NCBI GenBank assembly: GCA_030141605.1
Contig: JAQGDQ010000381.1
Coordinates: 159,711 to 223,710, forward strand
Reading direction: 5' to 3'
From: Tubiluchus corallicola
Taxonomy: Eukaryota > Animalia > Priapulida
DNA: 64,000 bases
In this document: one piece after another, positions 36,701 through 47,219 of the stretch
Numbering within the stretch: position 1 is the first letter of the stretch
How the letters are laid out: each line of letters opens with the position of its first letter
Made by a program: the position numbers and the translations under genes
Notes under the pieces: generated by a model
What the model was told of the DNA's origin: nothing
Database searches by the model: none
The model's input: the letters and a program-made list of their open reading frames with translations, nothing else

Positions 36701-38934
36701 GTTAATTAAAATTGATCAAACTGTCAAATACAAATAAAAAATTTACAATGAATTTTAGATGATAGAAAAACATTCGATTATCTGACATTTTGTTGACAAA
36801 CATTACTAATACAGTAAGACCTTGCTTAACGACTCCCAGTTTCCCGAAGTTTAGTTTTAACAAACCTGAACACATGACACCTTTTCCTCTCTTAATGATG
36901 CAGGTTTCAGTTTAAAGACAGCCTTTTTACTTGCCTCCAGTTACCTGGGACCTGGTCGCATGCAAAGGAGTGTTGCCTGCAACCTGTTGCTATAGCAACC
37001 AGAGTATCTAGATGAAACTGTCACGGGTTCACCACATGGCTTGGCTTGTATTATGCAATGTTTAATGGTTAGCTGCCCAGGACGTCAACGTTAATGGAAT
37101 AGAAAACATTAGCTAAGTATTGGTAAGAAAGATAGGCAGTTTCAAGTAAAATAGTTGATAAGATATAAATAAAATTTATAAAAACATTTAATTTATATGA
37201 TATAAGCAGCATTGAAAATTTGCCCCTGGAACACGTGTCAGTTCTTTTGCATCACTTTTTATGAAAGTCTTGACTTCATTTAATGGCATTTCGCTTAACC
37301 TTGAGTTTTGTCTATTCATTGTTTTTGGCAGAATCCCCCTGATGAGGCCAGTAAGGGTCCTGGGAAGAGAGAGTTTGCTGGTGCCTTGTCAAGAATATCT
37401 CAACCTAAAGGCATTTCTTTCACAGACTCTGACAAATGGCTCACATGTTAAAGAGGTTCATTTTGCTAATGAATCACTTATGTTCTTACAATTTGCCTCC
37501 CTCCCTCGTTCCCATCTTTAATGGTTATGATGGCTACATTACTACCATTAATTATATTTAAATGTTCTATACAATTATAGTTATTACTACAAGTATAATG
37601 TGTAATTTCATCTCTTCTCCCCCACTTAAATTTGGGTACATATATGTGCATATATATATATCATTGTATATACAAGTAGGCAATATGGTGCATTGTAATA
37701 CAAGTAAGTGGTGCATGACAGATAATCACATAATTCATATTCGTAACTATTCAAAAAAATGTTTTCACTCTTTAAGGCTCACTCAAAGTCGTAATTACAT
37801 ATTATGTTTTCCTTTCTCAACTTTCGGGTTTATTGCTCTTATACCATTGCTATTATCATTTACTTCATCCTTATTTACATTAAGTTATCTACAGAAGCAT
37901 GCATAACTATAATCATTTTTTCATTTAAATAAGGTGAATGTGACTGTATGGTCGTACACTCACCTCGCACTACCTATATTATTCTATTTAAAATTTATTA
38001 ATGTGTTTGATATTGTATTTTTTGATGCGTGAAATAAAATTCATAGTTCATAGGTGGGTTTTCAAAATTTGCCGACTCATGTGCATCGTTGAGAGTGACA
38101 ATCTCGATTTTTTTTTTGTGTTTCAAAAATGTAAAAAAATGAAGCAATGTGTGACTAAATAGGCATTGGCTTTATAAATGTATTATGTTATGCCTTATAT
38201 GGAAAACTTGGCTTCGTTTAACGATGTTTTTGTTTAATGTTGTGTTTTGATGCAAGGCATTAAAATCATCAAACAACGACTTACCGTACTAACAAACTTA
38301 CACATAATTACCATGGTAACCAAAGAAGCAAAATATCCTGCAGTCACTTACTACTTGTTTTTGCTTGTTCAGTAGTACTTGTTAGTTTGGATAGCTCTTT
38401 CTCGGGTGTACCTACAACCTCTGAACTGGTTACATTTGCGCAGATGGTTGAAGCATTTTCTTCATTTTCAACGACCAATTTCATGTTATCTTCAGCATTT
38501 TCACATTGCTCCTCGGCGGCATCTGAGATATCGCTCGCATTGATAAGCACGTGAGTAACTTCGCCGTCCGTACCCGGACTCAAAAACAAGTCTTGTGCTT
38601 GTCTCACTTCTTCTTCACTGTTGCAAACCAAAATTTTAGCTTTTGAAAAATCCGTGGGTGATGATGCTGCGTCATGATCGTCGCTGATGTGTTGGATCGC
38701 CAGTACATACGGAAAGGAATTTGTTCCTAGCGCCAGAGTGACTTCTTGGCTTTCTGAATCTGATAGATCGACCATGTTTTCAGCGTTTCCACCAGTCATA
38801 TGTTGACCACACTTGGGATTTGCTAAATCTTTTGCATCACCCTGATTATTAATCTGCTGAGCCTGTGTCAATGCGTCAGTGCACATGTTTTCAGTTCCTT
38901 GAATTGCCAATTCAAAATTCTCAGCCTGCGACAT
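15477..38934 (-). CDS. ZXDC: ZXD-family (ZXDA/B/C-like) C2H2 zinc-finger transcription factor, 12 coding exons, about 801 aa (exons 38934-38352, 36592-36528, 33829-33722, 31954-31865, 30140-29959, 28848-28656, 27960-27780, 25769-25596, 23118-22921, 20948-20790, 18845-18652, 15755-15477)
   Basis: Ten tandem CxxxxC...H...H fingers in ZXD order (for example WSFPTQYKLRRHLESH, FTTAYNLNAH, WTFATASKLKRH, FMRPDHLKVH, RFSTKQSLYMHIKKH, CPVSSC...LKTHIVKQH). It also has the GSARTD, QDDP and terminal STINLQDLE motifs recalled from ZXDC. All introns are GT-AG with consistent phases; exon lengths sum to 2406 nt. Confidence 0.9.
15775..16165. mobile_element. MITE family C, about 390 bp
   Basis: Inverted homologue at about 28213-28592; termini tcttttcacagtt ... 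aactgtggaaaaga. Confidence 0.7.
16662..17148. mobile_element. pogo/Tc1-like MITE
   Basis: TA|CAGTCTAGCCTCGTTAT ... ATAACGAGACTAGACTG|TA. Confidence 0.8.
18350..18662 (-). repeat. 24-bp tandem repeat (about 13 units) of a ZXD 5' splice site
   Basis: Minus-strand unit ctaatgcag|gtaagcttggcatag. Confidence 0.95.
18652..18845 (-). CDS. ZXDC: ZXD-like exon with GSARTD motif and basic RKRKK patch
   Basis: ETAEDTGEDRKGSARTDSMAQRLMNDRTRKRKK...ETQLMQ; gtttag and gtaagt junctions. Confidence 0.85.
19108..20752. mobile_element. Probable Helentron/HINE-type non-autonomous element carrying a 95-bp tandem array (about 19390-20580, about 12 copies)
   Basis: TGACCTTGACCTT-rich units, an AAACAAG start and a short GC-rich imperfect hairpin near 20730-20750. 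The family assignment is inference; the array is seen directly. Confidence 0.55.
20790..20948 (-). CDS. ZXDC: ZXD-like exon
   Basis: Open phase 1-1 exon NDQMLPSVLHVN...AAFTEI; ttcacag and gtgaga junctions. Confidence 0.75.
21083..21801. mobile_element. TTAA-flanked non-autonomous DNA element; partial inverted copy at about 6515-6932
   Basis: Termini aactccttcagaac and ctgaaagagttaa; 21400-21800 is the reverse complement of about 6515-6932. Confidence 0.6.
22742..22927 (-). repeat. 21-bp tandem repeat (9 units) of a ZXD 5' splice site
   Basis: Minus-strand unit gagcaat|gtgagtaatactgt. Confidence 0.93.
22921..23118 (-). CDS. ZXDC: ZXD-like exon, acidic linker
   Basis: Open phase 1-1 exon DTSKIDCETLVFYEE...NPNEFMQISEQ; caacag and gtgagt junctions. 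Confidence 0.75.
23221..24422. mobile_element. pogo/Tc1-like MITE family B, with the left end triplicated (about 139-bp units) and an internal 59-bp array (about 23785-24080)
   Basis: TA|CAGTGAGTCCTCGTTTAACGAC ... GTCGTTAAGCGAGGACTTACTG|TA; a sister copy starts at about 36812. Confidence 0.8.
24833..25567. mobile_element. pogo/Tc1-like MITE family A with an internal segment of about 88 bp triplicated (about 25105-25370)
   Basis: TA|CAGTAAACTGTGTATAACTC ... GAGTTATACATAGTTAACTG|TA. Confidence 0.8.
25596..25769 (-). CDS. ZXDC: ZXD-like exon, fingers 9-10
   Basis: CNSRFSTKQSLYMHIKKH...CPVSSCSKRYSLPSSLKTHIVKQH; ttttcag and gtaatt junctions. Confidence 0.92.
25938..26980. repeat. 86-bp satellite, about 12 copies, each with a 16-bp palindrome
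   Basis: Unit tacctattgaatagaagtggcccgtactagacg...agtcaattaattgact...gtctaataaacgg. Confidence 0.97.
27225..27755. repeat. 88-bp tandem repeat, about 6 copies, next to a ZXD donor
   Basis: cagattgatcaaat... recurs every 88 bp. Confidence 0.93.
27780..27960 (-). CDS. ZXDC: ZXD-like exon, fingers 7-8
   Basis: QCEWTFATASKLKRHVKSHTQERNFICSHQGCGKRFMRPDHLKVHMNTHTGEKQYACSFE; tttttag and gtaaga junctions. Confidence 0.92.
28213..28592. mobile_element. MITE family C, inverted copy
   Basis: Reverse-complement homology to 15775-16165. Confidence 0.7.
28656..28848 (-). CDS. ZXDC: ZXD-like exon, fingers 5-6
   Basis: CSWPDCNRGFYSSNSLASHYKSH...[34 protein letters not shown]; caccag and gtaagt junctions. 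Confidence 0.92.
29605..29930. repeat. Degenerate 18-19-bp tandem repeat next to a ZXD donor
   Basis: gtcacaaaagtaagctat-type units. Confidence 0.85.
29959..30140 (-). CDS. ZXDC: ZXD-like exon, fingers 3-4
   Basis: CDFDGCTRRFTTAYNLNAHKKLH...CPVESCRKKFPTKKQLFLHLKDH; tttcag and gtatgt junctions. Confidence 0.92.
30179..30933. mobile_element. pogo/Tc1-like MITE
   Basis: TA|CAGTCAACCTCG ... CGAGGTTGACTG|TA. Confidence 0.8.
30946..31020 (+). mobile_element. Tiny L2-type LINE fragment
   Basis: Translates as LITCKAINGRAPTYISDLLKFYVP, resembling the L2 ORF2 YKALNGLAPSYLSDLL motif. Confidence 0.5.
31865..31954 (-). CDS. ZXDC: ZXD-like exon, finger 2
   Basis: CSYASCDWSFPTQYKLRRHLESHGRKKGYP; tttcag and gtatgg junctions. 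Confidence 0.92.
32395..32943. repeat. 49-bp GC-rich minisatellite, about 11 copies
   Basis: Unit gagtgtgaagctgactgtccatttgctccccgcctccctcgaggaagct. Confidence 0.95.
33722..33829 (-). CDS. ZXDC: ZXD-like exon, finger 1
   Basis: SKSVYSCPFQGCGKKFSKENKLKVHITSHSFHRPYK; tttcag and gtaaac junctions. Confidence 0.92.
34738..36461. mobile_element. hAT-like MITE family D expanded by an internal satellite and a nested repeat
   Basis: 8-bp TSD CTTATCAT on both sides; termini TAGCGGTGAGCAT ... ATGCTCACCCCTA; short sister copy at 40764-41190. Confidence 0.85.
34943..35975. repeat. 43-bp satellite, about 24 copies, inside hAT MITE D
   Basis: Unit acaaatgccttgattgtaaagaacatatgtagttgaagtggct. Confidence 0.97.
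36528..36592 (-). CDS. ZXDC: ZXD-like small exon (LLLVTENGKYLMEIPVSQGGQ)
   Basis: ttgcag acceptor and gtattc donor; converts phase 1 to phase 0 exactly as the flanking exons require. Confidence 0.7.
36812..38287. mobile_element. Degenerate MITE family B copy interrupted by other sequence (about 37300-38190)
   Basis: 36812-37300 aligns by eye with 23500-24380 and has a single copy of the 59-bp unit; a TIR-like end ...cgacttaccgta lies near 38287. Confidence 0.55.
38352..38934 (-). CDS. ZXDC: ZXD-like first coding exon, acidic N-terminus
   Basis: ATG at 38934, 194 open codons and a gtaagt donor (phase 1). An upstream polypyrimidine/CAG acceptor near 39089 implies a 5'UTR intron. Confidence 0.8.
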
Positions 38935-39676
38935 CTTTAGAATCTTAATTCATTCTAAATACCTGCGAAGTCTAGGGATTATTTGTACTTAGCAAACGTA
39001 ATCTTTCGTTGGGGCATGGATTGCAGAAAAGGACCAGTTTCTTCGGAAATTGTTCAAAAGTTCAGTAACTAATAAGCGATTGTACTAGCTGAAAAGCAAG
39101 AAAACGATCACATCGCTAGTAGACACAGTGAGCAATTGTGTGTCGGTGCCCAACACCACTTCCATAAATACAGGAAACACGTCAGCACTGTGAAAAAGTA
39201 TAACTCAAACGAAATACCAAACCATTTCTACAATCTACATGGCGATAATGGTGCTACAGGGTTTCAATACAAGAAATCTTTCCTGGCTGTGCAGGCGGTT
39301 CACCATGGCCTCTCAGCTTGAGGATTACGTAGTAATATAAACATGGATGGTTAGTTGTAGCTTAAAGGGACAGAAACAACTAGAAGTCCTAATAGCAAGT
39401 CAAAAGTTTTACATTAACACGCTGTACCTGCTTCCCAATGTAGACAGCCTGCGATTACTCTAACATATATTTACAATGACTACATTGCAATACTAAATTT
39501 TTATTTTTAGTCCCATTTTCTGTCTCTTTCTGCATCCTAATATAGACTCTTATCACCTTTTCTGTTTTGATTGTATTTAGATCTAATAATACATCTGATT
39601 CAGCCAATATATTTAAAAAAGAAATTGCATTTCAGAAGAGATTTGAGTTAAGCCGATGGCTACCTGGGCTTCATTT

Positions 39677-39990
39677 TCAATTCTGACATAAAGAAATATG
39701 TTTGCAAAAATATGTATTTAAAGCTTTCTCAGACTTTAGTAAATGCTTAGTTGTGTCATCCCGATTTTTACACAAAGGACATTTCAGCTTATTCTTGAAC
39801 TTATTTTTAAAATTTGATTCCACTTTAATCATGTTCAGTTTCCATTCTATTATTTCATAGACTGTTTTTTGGTTACACTTGATCACAAACTCCAATGGGT
39901 TATTTCAGATTCCTATGGCATTTTCCATAAATCTCAGCTATTTGCTTTTCTTCTGATAACACAATTATAGAACATGTAAATATTCGATCA
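39677..39990 (-). mobile_element. Degenerate non-LTR retrotransposon C-terminal zinc-knuckle remnant
   Basis: KLNMIKVESNFKNKF...CPLCKNRDDTTKHLL. Confidence 0.5.
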
Positions 39991-40763
39991 CTATTGGTTT
40001 GCAAGAAATGATTCCCAGAAGCTTAGAATTTTGACATATATATGCTAATATCGAAGACTAGGTAGAGAAAGATGAGAGAAAGATTGTAAGCGAGAAAGGA
40101 GAGAGAGAGAGGGGGGGAGAGAGGCAGACGATAGACTGTTTATAGAATATTTGTAGATAATTATATAAAATAGATTACTGTTGTTCTTTGTCGTTTTTTG
40201 AGCTGTTTTTCCAAAAATTTCTGCAACAAGATAATTAACATGCTCCGTGCCAGCAACTTCTTCACCTCTAATCATTAGAGGTCACAATCATTTTGTCTGT
40301 GATTGTGCATTTGATAAAAACGTGTGTACTGGAATGTTCGTTCCTGCAGGTCTGGCTGCCAGTGAGTGACAGTCTAGTTGCTGCAACACGGCCTTTGTTG
40401 GTAATAACAAAACCTGATAAGCTAGCGTCAAGAAAACAAAGAGTATTTTGTAAAAAAACATTGCTCAGAAGGCAACCAGCATGGAAAGCCATGCAACCAA
40501 AGATTTCTTCTGTTGCGTTTGTCGACAGCATATTGCATGAAAGATTGAATTTGGAGTAACATGGAAAGTCGTAATCATAATTATTATTATTATTTATTTT
40601 AATGCACTATCTTATGCACTCTAAAGATGACACCAGCTTGCATTATAATATTTCCTGACAGTCATATTTTCATAATAAGCTAAATGTGTGATTGATTTTT
40701 TCTGGTTTCCCTGAATGAACTTGGAATGCTGTTAGTGTAAAAACGTTTTAGTACCCTCAGCAC

Positions 40764-41190
40764 TAGGGGTGAGCATCGAACGTTCGAATCGAATTCGAAC
40801 GCTCGAATTCGATTCGAAAGAGTTTTTCCAGTTCGAACTCGATTCGAATCCAAAACTATAAACTCGAATAATTCAGCACTTCAATCACATGTGTTCCTGA
40901 TCACTAAAACGATTGAAACAACATGCAATTAGTGTAATTTAGCAGTGATTTCTGTGCACAATTTTAAACAAATTACTAGTCGTTTTATTGCAGAACAAAA
41001 TCTAGTGATACACATGATCTTTGTAAGACTAATTTTTCCTGGTGGTTCGAAAACTTGTTCGAAAATCGTTCAATCTCAATTCGAATTTGGTTCGAATTCG
41101 AAACACTGAAGTTCGGTTCGATTCGAACTCGAATGTCACAAATTCGGTTCGATTCGAATTTGCTTTCTGGTAGAGAATGCTCACCCCCTA
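40764..41190. mobile_element. hAT-like MITE family D
   Basis: 8-bp TSD CTCAGCAC; termini TAGGGGTGAGCAT ... ATGCTCACCCCCTA; subterminal TTCGAA repeats. Confidence 0.9.
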
Positions 41191-41753
41191 CTCAGCACCA
41201 AGATTATTGACGATACGTGACAATCACAGTAAGTATATGCGTGATTAGCATTACACCGTAATGATGCCTATGGCAAGATAAGACCGCAGGCCGACTCGAC
41301 GTAAACTTTTATTTTGCTAAAACGTGAAGTTCAAATGCTGTATTTTATCTATGGTCAGTTCACCTGGAACATAATAGAGAATAACCAGATTTTCAAAGAT
41401 TTCTGTTACACGTTTTGCTTTTGCATACAGACCGTGCAGTCGCTACTGTAGTAAAAATGGGATGTTGCTGATCCATCGTTTAGTAATGATTCATTTGCAA
41501 TATCTTTGTAATTGACTTATTGTCAGTATGTAGACTACTTGCCAGCTAAATGCATTATGAATTTAGGACAAGCTAATTAACAGAGAAGCACATTACATGT
41601 TGTCTACTGCCTGCATACATACTGTTGCTGTAGCAACCAACATATAAACAAAAAAGATTTAGCGAACAGTTGAGTTTGAACTTAAGAATTTTTTTTTATG
41701 TGCGCACATGTACTTTATTAGAACTATCTATGTTACAGGCTAAACATACCGTC

Positions 41754-42326
41754 ATGTCTCAAGCCGAGTTCAACTTGACCAGTCTTAAGGAAACAATTGC
41801 AGATTTGGAGGCAAAAGAATTGGACAGCCCAGGTGGAGTAGCACCAGTTCAGATTTATGCTCAGCTGTTAAGCTGCTATCTTTTACAGAGTGACGTGGAC
41901 AATGCCAGATATTTGTGGAAGCGGATCCAGCCACCCATAAAACAAGCAAATCCAGAGCTAGAACTCATTTGGGCGGTTGGGCGACATATGTGGGTTAGAG
42001 ACTTTCCAGCAATTTACACAGCTTTACGGCAGGACTGGTCTGATCCGATCAAGTCCATCATGGCAGCAGTAGAAGATTCTACTCGTGCTAGGGCCTATAA
42101 ACTTGTTAGCCAGGCATACTCATCAATAAGTGTTACAGACTTTGCACAGTTTATAGGAATGCCTGTAGACGAGACTGTTAAGGCAGCTCTTGCTCACGGA
42201 TGGACAGCAGATCATGCTAATCAAATTATTTTTCCACAAAAGCCTAAAACTGATGTAACTTCTGTACTTGCAAGTGAACAACAGCTAGGACAATTGACAG
42301 ATTTTGTTTCCTTCTTAGAGAATTAG
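41754..42326 (+). CDS. COPS8: COP9 signalosome subunit 8 (PCI/CSN8 domain), intronless CDS, 190 aa
   Basis: ELDSPGG, ARYLWKRI, IWAVGRHMWVRDFPAIY, RAYKLVSQAYSSI and the terminal EQQLGQLTDFVSFLEN match CSN8. The ATG at 41754 follows a ttacag acceptor ending at 41738. Confidence 0.96.
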   Translation: MSQAEFNLTSLKETIADLEAKELDSPGGVAPVQIYAQLLSCYLLQSDVDNARYLWKRIQPPIKQANPELELIWAVGRHMWVRDFPAIYTALRQDWSDPIKSIMAAVEDSTRARAYKLVSQAYSSISVTDFAQFIGMPVDETVKAALAHGWTADHANQIIFPQKPKTDVTSVLASEQQLGQLTDFVSFLEN

Positions 42327-42487
42327 TGCAAACAAGTTTTTAGTGCCATAATAATTATCATCTCATGTAGAACATTAAGATCCTTGTTACAATGAAAGTC
42401 TTTGAATGTGCTTGGCGACAGATGTGTTCACAACCGATAAAAGCCACTAATTTGGATAAATTAATGTCCAATTGAGAATAATATGTA

Positions 42488-44545
42488 CAGTAGAACCTCG
42501 GTTATCCGGAAATTCAGATGTTCTAGGGAAAAAGTCTGGATAATCAAGAAAGTTCAGATAATCCGAAGTAGAACCGCATCTTTGCAGTATCAAATGTAGA
42601 ACTAATAAAAATATATGTGCATTGGTATTTCTAGACATATAGACCTTGTCTTCTATTTATTCTTTTAGCAGTGAATTTAGCGTATCACAGTCCAATCCCA
42701 GTAATACGATTTAGCTTTTAACGGAACTCTCAGTAGAACGATGATTTTATTATTATCCTTGCCAAGGTTATAATGACACCTATGCTTAATGCGAAATTCG
42801 TTACTACGAAACACCGTTTTGTACATTAATTTCTCAAAGTCCCGCCAGTATGAGTTCAATACAAAAAAACACTTGTAATATGATTTCTGATGTCTGCTCT
42901 GGTCCGCCCCATTTAGACACTCTTCACCTGTTGCTAATAGTGACCATAGCTTAGTTGATTGTTTTTATAACTCATTACACATCATAACATAATGCTTGTA
43001 TGTACAATATCATGGCTAGGCTAACTATTGATTTAACCAATCAGCTACGTACATTTAAATGCCGTGCTGTCATATTATTGATTTTCGAAAACACCTAGGC
43101 TTCCGACTCTGAAAAAAATTCGACATTATAGTTTAAATTAGCCATGTTTGTTATTGCCAGCTGTTTACAGGTATTTAATTATACGTGTAATACTAAAGCA
43201 GCAAAAAGTCACATACTGCAGACTCTGTGGCACCACTAACCCTCTTGCTCACTTCTAGACTGACTGGCAGTATGTCGTTTGTAATTTGTGCTTGTAGGAA
43301 ACTGAGGGTTAAACAAACTTAAATTACTTTCACTAATTAAAAGAAAACCAAGGCATCATATAATTGCTATTTTACATTAGAAATAACATTAGAAGTTGCT
43401 AAAATGGACGTAGTAGATATTAAGTACAAAACGAACAAATACGGATACTGAGTAATACGTAAAAACATCTCGGTCCTGAGAACATCGTATTAGCGGGATT
43501 CTATTGCAGTTTAGAAGGTGTTTGTTTATTTTTACGAGTTTGTTCTACACATCATTAGCAAAATACTGTGAGGATTTTGGAATTTTATTCATTTTCGAAT
43601 GTGTGGTTTCCAGGTGCATTTTTGTAATTGTCAACAGATGGCAGTGTCCGGTTGGCACACGTTATTCATACTAGTAGATAGTTAGTATTAGAAGTGCTGC
43701 AAATTTCATAATTATGACAGCTTTTTGTTAAAGCAAAACCAGACCCAATGTCGAACTGTAGATCAAAACAACCAGTTCTTTAAAATAGTGAAAGGAAACC
43801 TACTATTTTTTAAAGAATGGCTTATGAAAAAGTATTATTACACACAAACACAATTTTACGTTCACGCCACTAGTTCTTTGTTCTTACATGCATTTCACTA
43901 TTCGCTAGTTAGACGTACACTAGCACCTACATTTCGTAAAGTGTTGCACAAAAAACAGGTGCTGTAAGTCTCAGTTCAGACGTGTTCATTTGTGATGTGC
44001 TGCACACGCTCAACAGCTCATGCGTGAGTGCAGCGGTAAATTTGAAATTTGCATTTTTATCTTAAAGCTTACCAAATTTTAGTACAACATACTTAATCAC
44101 TTACAGTAGCGCTGTACTTTAATTTTCACTTTCCCAAACACGTGCAACACGCTCATAGAATATTTTTGTTGCTGAAAATTGTGTTAGTTTGTGATATCAT
44201 CAACAGTTGGGTTTGCCCACCATTTATTAAGGTTATAATCTGTTACTTAATTATCAGAAACGCTTTTGCAGTCGTAATTGTGTTAAAATGTATATTTTTT
44301 ATCGTACTTCAAATTGGGGTAGTATATGAAAAATCATCTTGTCTTCCTATAAGTTTTTTGTAGAAAAGCTAAAAAGGTTTTTTCTGAAAACAATAGAAGC
44401 AAGCGCGTGAAGTATATGCAGAACACAACCATACAGTTTAGTATTAACATTAAAATGTATAAAAAGTGTGAACAGTAGTTTTGCTAGTTAGTCTGTATAG
44501 GATGATTCACATTACCCAATATTCCAGATAATCAGGGTCCTATTG
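42488..44545. mobile_element. Degenerate pogo-like element with nested repeats
   Basis: TA|CAGTAGAACCTCGGTTATCCGGA with a degenerate partner TCCAGATAATCAGGGTCCTATTG|TA. The internal 43735-44060 segment is shared with 48945-49080 and, inverted, with 54055-54360. Confidence 0.5.
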
Positions 44546-46097
44546 TATGATATGATAAGTATTATGACAGCAAAGAATCGTATTTCGCGTAGCTGATAAA
44601 GCATTAATCATTGTTTTACCGATAATAATACAGTACTATGTGTTTTTTATTGTTTCTTTCCAAAATTATATAAACAAGTAAAATAAAGCATAAAGTCTAT
44701 AGAAAGGTCTGGTCTGTAATATTGTTGCTTTAAATTATAGTGTAAGACAGTGTTTTATACAGATAGACTAAGATGGATAGCTATCTATGTAACAGCATAG
44801 TTCTAGCTAGACAAAATGTGTAATATGCAAATTAGAAGATTAGGTGCTCATAAGTTTTTTATAAACTTTTTATCGTAAAAATACAACTGAATTATTTTTT
44901 CTGTGTAGTCAGGTTCTTTGTGTGCTATTTTGCTTTTTTGTAGTCTAATACCTGTTGTGTTTTGTTTTTCTCGGAAGGCTCGTAGAGAAAACCAGAAAAC
45001 ATGCTGTTAAATATAATTACTTTATTGAGCGAGAATTCCTACAACGCAAGTACGAAGGAACGAGAAATGATTATACTAAACGTGAAAATCTGGAAAACGT
45101 TTAATTTAGTATACAAATAAATAAGTATAAGTCCGTGTTAGATCTGTGTTCGATGTGCGAAGTGCGATCCTGTGTCGGCAGCCTACAATACCAAAAAAAA
45201 TAATTTAATACATATAATATAACAATGGCCTCAGGAAAATTATAAACTTATAAAAATTACAAGCAATATAACTATGTTGTGTTGGTACAGGAATACAGAA
45301 ATTACTGGAACATGTTCATTTCTATTGGCTTGCTAACGGTTATTTATTCTGAGAAAATAAAATAAAAGCATTTTGCAAATTCAGGTGTTTATATAAGATT
45401 ATTATAAAATAGGAACTAAATCATTTCGGTATGAATTACAAAATTTTTACAAATTACAACAATTGATAAGTAGAAAAATGCTACATGAAATAGAAATTAA
45501 ACTTCTCTTTTAAGTAATCAAAAAAAAATTAATAATAATCATATTTAACTTACGTATATTGGCCAGCCCTGGCATTTAAACTTAAAGGTATCAGAAAACT
45601 GCAGAAACAGGTCACAAGCATTTATCAAATAATTGAATTTGGCTAAATTAAGTATAAAACAGATAGCAAACACCTAGACAGTGTAACAGTCTACTGTCCT
45701 ATTGACATCTGCATAAAACCAGATTGAATCACCTGAGAATATAAGTACAGGCTAACAAATTTGAAGCAAGAAATTCATTCAAGGCCTAAAAGGTGGCAGC
45801 ACTTGACAGTATCGGTTTATCTCTAACATCTATGAACTGGCAACGTGGAAATTGATGCTTACTTTTAATATTAATAAATCAATTTTTAATGTCAATAAAT
45901 CCTTTTTAGATGTTAATCAATCATTTTTTGAAGAACTGTACCACAAGCTGAACATAATTTTGCAAACTGAGAAAACAAAACGTTTGTTAATGACGTGTCT
46001 GAGCTTGTAAGCACTTCAAAACTTTAAGAGGTGCCTATGTACAAAAAAAGAGAACTGGTGGCCAGAAGTGGACAAGATGGCAGTATTGTGACTTGGA

Positions 46098-46710
46098 TTT
46101 TTTTGTTGGCATCCTTCTATCTCGGAAGACAATGGAATGGAAAGCCAAGAGAGTCAGTAATTGATCACATTGATGGAGCTGCAGTGTCGACTATGGCTGA
46201 GCAGTCTGATCCTTGAACGCGCAGTTAGACAACCATAACAGTTGTTTCTGTCACTGGAGCAGTGACACTGGAGTGACCTCTCCAGGGAGCACGCGCCTGG
46301 GCAAGGTGAATGGAGATCCTGAGTTGCCCAGACAACAGGAACCCCCTCTCTTCCTCCCTGGTGTAGTACAAAGGAAAGCGGAGCGATACGTTTGGCACCA
46401 GTTTGGCTGCAGGAGCTGCCGGAGTCAGTGAGCATGCTGCACTGGTCCGCCTTCGGGGCTCCACTCCTGATTTGGAAGGTTTACTCCTCTACACATGGCC
46501 ATTGGGTCACTTGACCTCCTCCGCCCTCTAGCCATTGGCTGGTTGTACAGCTCCTCCGCCTAGTGTCGAGATACAGTGTGGGCATCCCGCAAGTCCATAG
46601 CACCTGGTATTCCTAGGCGGTCACCCATCCAAGTACTAACCAGGCTCTACGTTGCTTAACTTCGGTGATCAGACGAGAACCGGTGTTTTCAACGTGATTT
46701 GGCCGTAGAT
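46098..46710 (-). mobile_element. Candidate SINE3: 5S head, GC-rich body, RTE-like 3' end and A tail
   Basis: The 5S head runs directly into about 490 bp of GC-rich sequence ending CCATTGTCTTCCGAGATAGAAGGATGCCAAC-A7. The similarity to RTE UTRs is from recall and was not computed. Confidence 0.65.
46592..46710 (-). rRNA. Full-length 5S rRNA-derived sequence, probably a SINE head rather than a functional 5S gene
   Basis: The minus strand reads ATCTACGGCCAAATCACGTTGAAAACACCGGTTCTCGTCTGATCACCGAAGTTAAGCAACGTAGAGCCTGGTTAGTACTTGGATGGGTGACCGCCTAGGAATACCAGGTGCTATGGACT with recognisable A and C boxes. No oligo-T terminator follows. Confidence 0.85.
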
Positions 46711-47219
46711 TTACATATTTATTCATTCATTTAGCACAATACAAAAGTACAAGTCATACAATTACAAATTAGCAGTGCATTGCTGTGCCATGAGCATCAC
46801 AGAAGAAATTAACTTATGAGCTACGCACAACATGGATAAGACTTAATTAATAACATAAAATACGTTAATTGTATGCAAGAAGACGATAATGATGATGGTG
46901 ATGATGATGACGACAACGATGGTGATATTAATGCTGATGACAACTGTGGCTGTGATGACAATGATAATGAAATGATGCTAATAGTGATGGTCATGATGAA
47001 CTTGATGGAGCCATTCACAAAACACCAGCCGTCTACATACCAGCCTATATACAAAATTATGCTTAATATGGTAATGTTTACTATGTTATGTGTATAGGAC
47101 GATGATAGGATGTGTAGGCTCTGATTTGAACTGTTACTCACTTTATCCTGATTCCTTTATCAGACTTTACATTGAATGTGTGATGTACATACGTGGTTTC
47201 ATTGATATTGTTACAGTTC

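Noticed and set aside
37261-37521. Possible extra exon or small gene in a ZXD intron
   Set aside because: No recognisable protein similarity, it lies within an interrupted MITE, and exon phases already close with the 36528-36592 exon.
41670-41753. N-terminal extension of COPS8 in the ORF track
   Set aside because: It starts at a non-ATG codon and crosses a likely intron end (ttacag at 41738); homology begins near the ATG at 41754.
45300-45480. Short similarity to about 63075-63105 (aggaactaaatcatttcggtat), possibly a LINE remnant
   Set aside because: Too degraded to assign or delimit without an alignment.
46592-46710. Functional 5S rRNA gene
   Set aside because: It is solitary, lacks an oligo-T terminator, has an imperfect terminal stem and runs into a retroposon-like body.
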